DNA of 62,993 nucleotides, the filler included, from Reticulomyxa filosa (Eukaryota; Protista; Foraminifera): NCBI GenBank assembly GCA_000512085.1. It is 17 parts of 17 records of this genome, joined end to end, with 100 filler letters (N's around TTAATTAATTAA, not from the genome) between each part and the next. Parts side by side here need not be neighbours in the genome. Positions count along the whole stretch, not along the records: positions 1 to 2,271 come from ASPP01010911.1; positions 2,372 to 4,129 come from ASPP01020761.1; positions 4,230 to 14,669 come from ASPP01013231.1; 14 more parts are not named here. One strand, 5' to 3'. The notes beneath the pieces are model-generated. The model was not told the origin of the DNA and did not search any database. It saw only the letters and a program-made list of their open reading frames with translations. The first letter of the stretch is position 1. Every line of letters starts with the position of its first letter. Of the stretch, positions 1 to 10,030 are shown one piece after another. The position numbers were made by a program, and so were the translations under genes.

Positions 1-43
1 TTTGTTACGTTGCTGAAGACAAAAAAAAAAAAAAAAAAAAAAA

Positions 44-884
44 ATGGAGTGTGAGAAAAAAAAACTGGCAAGTAAAAAATACACGGAATTTTTTTTCCTT
101 TATTTGGATTTGGCTAGTTTAATCATCAGATATCCTCCGTGTCATATGAGTTTATCAAAGTGGATAGTGTCAATGGCACTCAGAAAAATTGTCAAACAGG
201 GACTCAAAGAAAACTACGACGCAACATGACATGGAATGTCATACGATGGTTACATTTTCTTTTTTTTTCTTTTGAAAAGACATCTTACAAAAAACAGTGC
301 AAAATGCATCATGTCTTGTAGCAAAAATTAACTATGCACATAAATGCCAAGGGAACGGAAGTGTGATGACGGATCGTACACACCATATGAAGCTGTAGAA
401 AGTCAAGCAATTGAAAGTAGCAAAATTGGCAGTCCAGTTTTGTTTTGTTTTTTTTTGGAGGGAAAAAAGTATGGACGCTGGCAATTGGCAATATGTTTGA
501 TTGAATTTTTTTTCTACACCGATAGATCACTATTGGGAACTACTCCATTTCCAAAACAAGTGACAGTGCAGGGACACAGACCAATACGACCACACAAAAA
601 CAACGACCAATTCGTAGACAAGTATCAAAGTTTAGAACTTGTATTTGTAAATGACAATGGGATGAAATATTGTATTTGCGATTATTTGTGTGAACATAGA
701 CTTGAATCATAGTATGCTCCTCAATACAAATTTACTGATTTTTTTACAAAATGGCTACAACAAATCAAAAGAGGCTTATTCTTTTGAAAATTGTATGATT
801 TTGCCTCGTTTTTTTTGTCGTTATCAGAGGAGAGCTTTTTTCCTTAAGTTCATCGACAAGGGGAAATTTAGTACTTCAAAATAA
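44..884 (+). CDS. Tandem WWE-domain protein, spliced, partial (boundaries uncertain)
   Basis: YEFIKVDSVNGTQKNCQTGTQRKLRR fits the WWE C-terminal pattern (Y..d...m.Q.N..TG..R.vRR). A GT-AG intron (~250-350) joins IRW to ERKCDDGSYTPYEAVESQAIE, which fits the WWE N-terminal pattern (W.W..DDG.W.PY...S..IE). Confidence 0.5.
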
Positions 885-1185
885 GATCGATCAAATTTTA
901 TAAAACAAAACAAAAAAAAGTGGCAAAACAGTAAAATAATTGTACTTGAACACGACAAGTTTTCAACGATGCACGTCGCGTTGCGTGAGAACAAATTTGT
1001 ATCTAAAAGAAAAAAGAGGAAAACGACTACAGCGCAAAAAAAAGTGAACAAGCCAAAGACAATTGTCTATTTTTTTTTCTTTATCTTAGAAAGAGGGGAA
1101 AAACAGCCACTTTTACCGACAAAATCCAACTATCTGTACAACTCTCATTAGCAATGACAAGCGTTTAGCATCAATTCTTTTTTTC

Positions 1186-2246
1186 TCAAATAACAAATGC
1201 ACGCTTTTGGACATTATGTGCAGCGTCGGCTGAGTCTTCATGAGACGCAATATATTCTAGAGGATTTCTATTTTCATTAGTCAAGTAATTGTCCTCTACG
1301 TGACTGACTCTGTGTTCAGGTTCTCCGCTGTGTTCTTGAGTTACCATCTCCACATTTTCATCAGATATTCCCTAACGATAGCACATATGCACAAACGGAA
1401 AGTTCGAGACTACAATCTTCGCAAGACGCACAAAAAATGAATAGGCAAAACAAAAACAAACCAATTGTCTGGAAGCACTCTTGTACAATTTTCTTGGCTG
1501 TTCAAACCAATCTTCATTATCATTCTTGTCGATAGGATCGACCACATAATCCATGCATTGACTACACAAGACAACAGCGATCGATAAAAATGCAATTAAC
1601 ATCATACCTCTGGAAATGTAATACATATCTCCAAATAAGGTGACACAGCCGACTTTTTTATATTCGCCATAAATTCTACCAATGAAACCGCAGCTGGCAA
1701 AGTCGTACAAGATCGCATCAAAGCGGTCAAACAAGGGGCCCAGCATACAACTAACATTATGAAGATCAATCTCCAATTGATCAGCAAGAGAAATGACCTC
1801 ACTATAAGCCTTGTACAACTTTGTATTGTCTTTATGAATGCCATTGATATAGTCTAAAATTTCGCCTTTTTTCTAAAATGAAGTGAAGACATGCAAACAA
1901 CACAAACATTACAAAATAACACACAACATAGAAGAGTAAAGTAACATACAACATATTCGGCAGCAGCAGCCTCATATGCTTGAAGATAATAAGCAGAACA
2001 AGCAGGAGTGGCACAGGTTAAAGGGCAATTGGAAACACTACAAGTTGTGTAGTAATAATCCCAACATTTTCCATAGGCTCCAACGCACGTTCCATTAATT
2101 AACACAGAACGGTTGTACGTTGTAATGGTCAGGTCGGCGAGACAAGGGCAGTTGGCATCATTCAGCTCCTTAATTTTTTCGTCTGTCCAAACTGTAAACT
2201 CACTTTCATCCAACAGTGCTATTTCAGTCTCGACTCTTTTTATCAA
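1186..2246 (-). CDS. Tweety/prominin-like membrane protein, 3' part (3 exons; 5' end beyond contig)
   Basis: A Cys-rich extracellular region, then SCGFIGRIYGEYKKVGC (C-x6-Y-x7-C spacing as in the Tweety pre-TM motif), then a TM helix (GMMLIAFLSIAVVLC). The last exon GISDENVEM...AFVI ends at TGA 1186-1188. Confidence 0.55.
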
Positions 2247-2271
2247 TTAAAAACAAACAAACAAACAAACA

Positions 2272-2371
2272 NNNNNNNNNNNNNNNNNNNNNNNNNNNNN
2301 NNNNNNNNNNNNNNNTTAATTAATTAANNNNNNNNNNNNNNNNNNNNNNNNNNNNNNNNNNNNNNNNNNNN
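2272..2371. other. Artificial contig spacer (44 N + TTAATTAATTAA + 44 N); first of 16 identical copies
   Basis: The same 100-nt cassette, with stops in all six frames, also occurs at 4130-4229, 14670-14769, 21074-21173, 26444-26543, 27875-27974, 29470-29569, 31294-31393, 40986-41085, 42246-42345, 47349-47448, 53885-53984, 55635-55734, 57265-57364, 60187-60286 and 61385-61484. Confidence 0.99.
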
Positions 2372-2460
2372 CATGTAGATATGCTTAAAAAAAAATATTA
2401 CTCTTTAGGACCCTTTTTCATCTTTTCATTTGTATTTTCCAAAGCAATTTCAACTCGGAA

Positions 2461-4129
2461 ATGTCCGCAAAAGCTCAAAAAAAAGCAAGCCGTATCAATA
2501 CCAAATCATCAAAATCCGGATGTACTGGTAGAAAATCTATCAAGAAGAAAGCGCTCAAACTAAATGATGAAGGAAATATGTATTATCAAGCAAAAGAATA
2601 CAGAAAAGCGATAGAATGTTATTCACAAGCAATCAGTTTTGACAGCCAAATAAAACAAGACAATCTAAAACACAATACTTTTTTTTGAATATTACATTAC
2701 TACTATCTCCGATCCAAAATTATGTATAAAAACAAAACCTTTTGTGTGTATGTGGTTTCCATTTCAATGTGCGCGTGTGAATTGGACAATATTTGAAATA
2801 CGTGAAATAAAATTTGAAAAGATTTACACCAAATCCCAGGTAATTTTTTTTTTTTATTTGTAAATTAACACCAAGGACAATTTTTTTTTTTGGGGGAGGG
2901 GCCATAAAAAAGTGCTTTATACCAACCGAGCAGCATCGTATATGTTTTTATATCAATATGAAGACGCTTTAAAAGATTGTATAAGCGCATTAAATTTGGA
3001 CTATCAATTCCGCAAATTAATTATATCTCCTTTTGCCCATTCATCCCTTTTTTTTTTTCATCTGCTTTGCTTTGCAATGCTTGTTATATTTAACCGACTA
3101 CAAAAGAAAAGCTTGTAAAAAAAAAAGGTTAGAAAACTTAATGAAGTCGGAGCAAAATATTATATCAGACTTGAAATGATTTAATATGATTTTTGTATTG
3201 CTTTTGTTTAAAATAGGCACATCTACAATCAGTTAAGTGTTACACATATTTAAATCGTTTGGAAGAAGCCAAACAAGCTGCCGACAGTTTGTATTATTTC
3301 TATATATATCTATATATCTTTTTCTTACAATCATAAAATAAAAAAATGAACATATGCATTGAGTATATATCAAAGCGACAATGAATTTATACATTTGCAA
3401 AATCGCATTGATATCAAACATACTCAAGTTTTGTGCAAACAAAGTGTGATTAGACAAACATAAATAGTTTGTTTATATATATATGTTTGTTTGTGTTTGT
3501 GTTTGTGTATGTTATGTGCTGTAGCAAATTCTAAAACATGACCCAGTCAATGAATATTTAAAAATATATTCAAAAGATTTGTCAAAGTGGATATTAGAGA
3601 ATTTGATTAGAAAATATCATATAAAATTTGGATGGATAATTGAGTTCGATAAACTCATTATTAATTATGTTAGTTCATTTATTCTATCTTTTTTTTAAAT
3701 ATAAACAAAAACATTCAAATATTGATTTGATATATTATACGATACCTTTATATTTGATAATTTTTGATCATCATCCAAATTAATGAATAAATTTATGATA
3801 CATTTAGGCTATGTTTATAGCATTGATTATATATCATTTGATGATTGTTCATTCATTTGTTCTGGATCACATGATGCTGCAGTTTGTGTACTTGATGTTG
3901 ATAAAAACAGATATATTGAACACTTCAACGGACATACACGTTCTGTGCATTGCGTAAAATTTTCATCATATCATTATCAAAATTATTATAAAAATGTCAT
4001 TTGTTCTTCATCATCGGATAAAACCATTCGTTTTTGGGATTTCAAAAATAATGAACAATTGCAAGTATTTAATGAACACACAAAATGTGTTTATGGAATT
4101 GAATTTTCATCATTTAATGGTGGTAGATA
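2461..4129 (+). pseudogene. TPR protein N-terminus fused to a WD40-repeat family member; probable pseudogene, truncated by contig end
   Basis: TPR motifs ALKLNDEGNMYYQAKEYRKAIECYSQAI and LYTNRAASYMFLYQYEDALKDC. WD40 repeats FNGHTRSVHCVKFS and SSSSDKTIRFWD. In-frame TGA at 3765-3767, and several splice sites lack GT/AG. Confidence 0.75.
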
Positions 4130-4340
4130 NNNNNNNNNNNNNNNNNNNNNNNNNNNNNNNNNNNNNNNNNNNNTTAATTAATTAANNNNNNNNNNNNNNN
4201 NNNNNNNNNNNNNNNNNNNNNNNNNNNNNAAAAAAAGTTTGTCATTTTGGCAGCAACGATCACACACGTTTTTTCATATTTTTTTTTAATAATTGCTTAT
4301 ATTAATAAAAAAAAATTTCCTCGTTTAGATTTGTCCCTTG

Positions 4341-4601
4341 TTAATTATATATACACATCTTCACACTTTTCAGAATTTTGACCACTTTGTGGGGTCGGAC
4401 AAATTCTCCATGCTTCTCTTCACAAGTAAAGTATGAACGTCCTCTCTGACGTCCGTTGTGCTCGCCCGTTGGCTCGGTTAGCGCTATTCCACACCACACA
4501 GTACTTTGGATAGTAGGTGGACCAATGAACTTGATAGTTCCTTTACGTCCATCCTCTAATTCCACAAAATCATCGTAACATACTCGAGGTCGCTTAGACA
4601 T
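4341..4601 (-). CDS. CAP-Gly domain protein, first exon (rest beyond contig end)
   Basis: GRKGTIKFIG...VWCGIALTEPTGEHNGRQRGRSYFTCEEKHGEFVRP is a canonical CAP-Gly (GKNDG-like GEHNG). The exon probably ends at a GT near 4364. Confidence 0.88.
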   Translation of the reverse strand: MSKRPRVCYDDFVELEDGRKGTIKFIGPPTIQSTVWCGIALTEPTGEHNGRQRGRSYFTCEEKHGEFVRPHKVVKILKSVKMCIYN

Positions 4602-5253
4602 GGCGGTGTCCTCAGAAAAAAAGAAACTCTTTTGTTATTTTGGAAAGTGCACGCAGAAAGTAAAAAAAAAGCTGTTTTGTGTCTGTATCGAGTTGTTCGT
4701 CCACCTTTTTTTTTATGCTTCAATCAATTTGGTCTTAAAGAAATAGAATACCTTGATTAGTTCCAAAATAGCCAAGCTAGGCAGTTATCAAACGCTAAAA
4801 TTTTTTTTTTTGCAATAGACTTTTTGGTGGCAAAGATCTTTTTCTAATTTCTCCATGAGTTTAAGTGAAAATTTGTATGCGTAGCCGACGAAAGTCTAGA
4901 CACGCTGTCATTTTTTTAATACGAAAAGTGTGAAACATTGTTCATCTTTTGAAACTGTAGGATTAAAAAATAGCAGCAGAAAGCTAACATGAAAAAGAGT
5001 TTCAGGCAGACATTAGAAGCGTTAAAAAAGTAATTTTTCTGTTGTTAAAAATTCAATCGACGATGAGGTTGTTAGAGTGTGAAGACCCCCCGTGCCCTTC
5101 CTCAAAACGTGCGAAAAAAAGAATTAAAAAACGACCAAAAAAAGCAAATAAACAAAAAAAAAAAAAAAAATCATCAAACCAAGAATGATAAAATTTGGAG
5201 AGAAAAAAAGACAATGGACAAGACAAAGCAAAATAAGAAAATGAAGAAAAGGT

Positions 5254-7220
5254 TTAACTTTTTTTTGTCTGCATTTGTTCTCTCATTTGATCTCTCAAAT
5301 AAAAGATAGTATTCATCTGTTGTATTTCTTTTTGTTTCATGTCCTCTGTCATATGTTGGCTAAGTTTATTTCCTCCAAAAAACGCACCATACAACTTTTT
5401 ACTGTTGCCATCGAAGGGATGCTTTTGCGTGTTGTTGAACGCAGGATGAATAGGTGGTTCAAAAGACTTTGGAATTCGAAGCAGCGGCAAAAACAAGCGC
5501 GAGGGAGGGGATGAAGGGAGAGAGTGATGATAGGAACTAGAAGTGTGACTTGATAAAAACGGATGATGTAGTGCTTGCAGGGCCGTCATTCGAAGCTTTG
5601 GGTTTAGATCTAAGCACAGAGTGATGAAATGAAGCAAAGACTCGTAGCGATCATCATTTTTTACATGAGGAACCACCGTTTCAATTCGTTTTTGAATGCC
5701 TTGAAGTCTTCGAGAGAACAGCAGTTGATGCTGGTCATCCACCAATGTTATCATGTCTGGCGAGTCCAAGTAGTCGTGAAATAGCTTACAACTTTTGGGA
5801 TTGTAAATATTGTTTGGAAAAGGGCCCAAGCAATCCCAAATGCTTTGAATGATATATTTCGGATTGCAACATTGGAATAAGGACTCACCTTTATATACAT
5901 ACATATATATATATATATGTAATATGTATGCGTGGGATGTGTGGTGATCTTATAAGGTCTTGTTTGCATGCAATTGCACATGCATTCATGCAAAGAGTTT
6001 TAAACATTGTGAAATCAGCAATTCAAAAAAAAAAAAAATAATAATAATAATAATAATAATAAAATACCAATGAGCAACTCCACGAGCACGCATCCAACAC
6101 TCCAAATGTCAATGCTTGCGTCAAAGGGATATCCCAACAATACTTCAGGAGCGCGATAGAACAAAGACTGGACCTGTCGACAGTTTTTGTGATACTTGTG
6201 CAAAGTTTTCCATGGGATGACATTTCCAAAATCCACGACTTTGATATTGACATAAGATGAAACCTTTTCCATCTTTGAGTCCATGTCAATATCCACATTC
6301 ATGCCCATGCTCATGCCCATGTTCATGCCCATACCCATACCTATGTTCATATTCATATTTGCATTCATCGTCATGTTCATCATGTCCATATCTACATCCA
6401 CATCCACACCCGTTCCTGTAGTGGTTACAGCCATGTTCATGCTCGTCCCCGTACCTGCGTGCGCTCCTATGGTCACCCCTTGTAGACTATGGACTTGGGT
6501 CATGCGCTTGACGCGCTTATTGCGTGGGACGATGGTCGAGTAGTCGTCAGTCAAGTCCGACAGTGCGACGGCCTGTGTGAGACGGTGGTGTGCGCCTTGC
6601 TGGGAGTGCGGACTTTGGTTTTGAAACAGGATATTCTCTGGCTTTAGGTCGGCATGAATGTATCCATTACCATGCAGAAAAAACAATGCTGAAATCAATT
6701 GCCGGGCAATACCTTGGATTTGCCCAATCGAAAACACTTCCACTCTCGTCTTTTTCACTTTGTTTGCTTGGATTATATGCGTATACAGCGACGGTCCGAG
6801 CAACTCCAACAATATGCAATAATGCGCGTCGTTCAACAAAAATGCACCGTAACACTCGATCATACACTCATCCAAATTACATGCCTTTTCTCGCAATTGG
6901 TTCTTTTGATGCTTTTCTTCCATTTGCTTACATTTCTCATTTATTTCTTGCAATTTCTGATACTCTTGCAATCCTTCTTTCTTATAGTTCTTATGCATTA
7001 TCTTTAATGCGTAATTCCTTTGGGTCACCACATCGTACACGCTTATCGTTCGACTAAACGTTCCTTCCCCCAACAATTCTTTTATTTCGTATCGATTTAA
7101 AAACAGCTTCTTCTCATGCTTTAACTTTAATAACTTTTCTATATTTACTGAACCATCACTCTTTGTCCAATCTTCTGTTGATGTTTCCAATTTTTCACCC
7201 AAGTCTTTCGAATTTTCCAT
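5254..7220 (-). CDS. CMGC/DYRK-like Ser/Thr protein kinase (2 exons: ~7220-6068 and ~5889-5254)
   Basis: Motifs LGEGTFS, YALKI, HADLKPENIL, DFG, QSLFYRAPEVLLG, IDIWSVGC and DLNPKLRMTALQALHHPF. A GT-AG intron joins ELLIG to ESLFQ. Confidence 0.9.
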
Positions 7221-7463
7221 TCATTTGCTTACAAATGTTTCCTACAAGTAAACTAGGCAAAAAGATAATAGCTTTTTTTAAAATTACTCCTTTCTTTATT
7301 TTAGAAAACTGTGGTTTTTCGACAAAATAAAAATAAGCATGCTGACCGGGAGTTATTTCCCTTTTGTACGTGAAAAAAAATTAAAAGATAAAAGAAGAAA
7401 CATTTGACAATAATGTTATTCTGAAGAAAAAAAAAACCATTGATTTTGGTACAAACAAGTCCA

Positions 7464-8507
7464 TCACTCAAAATGAAAATGAGGAATTTTTTTGACAGCA
7501 AAAAGAATATAAGGCGCATGAGTTTTTTCACACTTCATTTTTTGATTATCATGCAAAATATCGGAATTGGAAAGGGTAGTGGAAGCAAAGAAAGTCTGTT
7601 CTTGCTGCAACAAAGGCAGCATCATGTGATCATACAAGTCATTTTGATAGACAAAAGAGTCGACCATTATTTGGCAGTCTCCGAATACTTGTTTAATTAG
7701 CAAAATGAGAGTACCTATGCTCCGATAGTATTCACGAAAGGTAACATAGGCCTGAGATTCGTTCCAACGATACAGACTCACGTTCATTTTGTCCATGTCT
7801 TTTGGTCGCATGTTTGGAGTCTCTTTTCTAGAGGTACTCTTTTTTGGAACCACCTGAGTCCGAATACTTATAAATTTGTTTTGGCCAGTAGAGTGCAAAG
7901 GGTTATTTGTCAGCAAATAGAAAACACCATGTTCAGGATGCAACACTTGATTGATGGTTTGGAAAAATTTGCACAAGTCCAGCACACCGCTGATTACAAA
8001 ATTGCAGGTGACAATATCAAAAAATTTTTGCTCTTGTCCATGATGTGATTGTACGCTGTGACTATTCTTTTCATTGTTTAAGTTCAACAAATGACTCAAG
8101 TCCTGATACGGCCTAATCTTGTCATAAAAGATTGCCTTGCTATTGTTTTGGCTTATTGCTTTTTTGATTAGAGGTGCACTTATGTCCACTCCAAATAAAT
8201 ATGGAGTTTCTGTCGTTCGTTGTTGTTCCGGATACAGTTGTGAGTGCAGGTATTGAATAAATTCACCACTCCCACATCCCATGTCCAAAACGTAAGGAAT
8301 TCGTGCCTTTGGCACAACTTCTTTTCGGAAGGGGAGAAAATAATGATATACCAAAGGGATATATCCGCAACACCAATCTGTAAATTTATCCGCTATTTGC
8401 CCACTGAATTTCAACTGTGCTTCATGGAATGTAGCCCCCACTAGTATTTTTGCCTCGGCTTTTGAGTTATATGGAACCTGTTGTGATACAATAACCTGAA
8501 AGGCCAT
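7464..8507 (-). CDS. Class I SAM-dependent methyltransferase (intronless)
   Basis: 347-aa ORF with motif I VLDMGCGSGE, post-I LFGVDIS, motif II FFDIVTCNFV and motif III VLHPEHGVFYL. Confidence 0.88.
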   Translation of the reverse strand: MAFQVIVSQQVPYNSKAEAKILVGATFHEAQLKFSGQIADKFTDWCCGYIPLVYHYFLPFRKEVVPKARIPYVLDMGCGSGEFIQYLHSQLYPEQQRTTETPYLFGVDISAPLIKKAISQNNSKAIFYDKIRPYQDLSHLLNLNNEKNSHSVQSHHGQEQKFFDIVTCNFVISGVLDLCKFFQTINQVLHPEHGVFYLLTNNPLHSTGQNKFISIRTQVVPKKSTSRKETPNMRPKDMDKMNVSLYRWNESQAYVTFREYYRSIGTLILLIKQVFGDCQIMVDSFVYQNDLYDHMMLPLLQQEQTFFASTTLSNSDILHDNQKMKCEKTHAPYILFAVKKIPHFHFE

Positions 8508-8857
8508 GATAAGAGTTCTTCAAATTACATTGAAATCAGGAAACAAAGTAAGTTGCCCAAAAAACAAAAAAGACTTCGAACTTAAAAATTTACTCCATGA
8601 CAAAAATATATTCAAGACAAGTTCTCATAAAGATTAGGAAATTTGAAGTAAACACTAAACGGTTGTCTATTTTCTTACTGTTGTAATTTGGACAAAAAAA
8701 ACTTATTTTTCAAGATCACTAATTATCTATTGTTTTGCTACAAAGCATGATATGATTTGTCTTTTGTATTATTGAAAAAACGAAAATTGAATTGTTTTCA
8801 CATAACTTTCCGCTTTAAAAAAAAATTTAGAACCCCCATGTAATAAAAAGGAAAATA

Positions 8858-9475
8858 ATGCGATCCCTATTCACTTCACTTCCTTTTCGGCCGTTAGTTT
8901 GTAGTTTTTATCGTTCAAACCAGGCTCTTCATTCAATTTCCAAACCAATCAAAGCCTCTTTATTTGGACTAGGACTAGGAGCCTACACTGTACATCGATG
9001 GAGAAATCCTTTATCCGGCCACATCCAGGCCGAAGGCCAGCTCCAGATATCGACAAAAACAGACTCTCAATTTCACAAAGATGAGTGGAAAAAGTTTGCA
9101 CAAGAAATAAACAATATTGGTCACAATTTGAAACAAGCCACCGAGTTGAGTTGGAAGAATACACTTGGCTTGATCGGAGCAATTGTTTGCACGCTTGGAA
9201 CAATATTAATATTTTACCAGTTGTTGGAATTCCATTTTTACAAAAAGCAAGTTGAAATTATGAGAGTTGGAGAATTGAGGTGCAAATTGAAGGTCGAACT
9301 TCAGGATTTTTTTGTGGAAGTTTTTCTTTATACTATGGTACTGAACATATTAACAATTGGAATGTATGGTATACTCGGCTTTAGTGCACGCCATCAAAAT
9401 CACTGGCTTGATACTAACATTGAGTGGTATATTGAAAATAATGAGTCTGAGGACAGCGTTGTCAAGTCTACATAA
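8858..9475 (+). CDS. Hypothetical two-TM membrane protein, possibly mitochondrial
   Basis: Intact 205-aa ORF. The Arg/Ser/Leu-rich N-terminus lacks acidic residues (presequence-like) and there are two hydrophobic helices. Divergent from the methyltransferase, ~350 bp apart. Confidence 0.6.
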   Translation: MRSLFTSLPFRPLVCSFYRSNQALHSISKPIKASLFGLGLGAYTVHRWRNPLSGHIQAEGQLQISTKTDSQFHKDEWKKFAQEINNIGHNLKQATELSWKNTLGLIGAIVCTLGTILIFYQLLEFHFYKKQVEIMRVGELRCKLKVELQDFFVEVFLYTMVLNILTIGMYGILGFSARHQNHWLDTNIEWYIENNESEDSVVKST

Positions 9476-10030
9476 GCATTTTAATTATGGCAAAGCTGGC
9501 ATCTTTCTTTTTCAAATAAAGTAAATAAACAAATAAATTTTCGGATTCAAAACAAATGAAAATAAATATGACTTTTATTTGCAATTCCTCTGCTCTTTAC
9601 TTCAAACTAATTTGACGAAATATACTTGTGTTATCACAGTGCACGCGGCTGATATGATTGTCACGCTGAACAAATGACAGAAAAATATAAATTATCCAAC
9701 TTTTAACAAAGAATTTAAAGTCCACGTCTGATAGCACATTGATAATGGCTGAAATTATCCAAAAAAAAGCTACAAAAACAAAACCCCCAAAGTACAAAAA
9801 GCGAAAAAAAAAAATAAAAGTACATAGCATGCAACATAAGAATCATCCCCTAAAGTAAAAACAAACGAACTGAAATAGTTGACAGTAAAAAGCAACACAA
9901 ATAAAAATAAGGATACGATAAAATAAAACAAAAAGCCATATTACTCAAATATATGTTTTTTAGATTTATCTTTGGCAAGGATTATGTTTAGAGCAACAAC
10001 GATTGAAACTAATGATATCTTCTCTTTGTC

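Noticed and set aside
3765-3767. Stop-codon reassignment (TGA as sense)
   Set aside because: Intact genes end in TGA, TAA and TAG, and their exons have no internal stops. In-frame stops are confined to degenerate copies.
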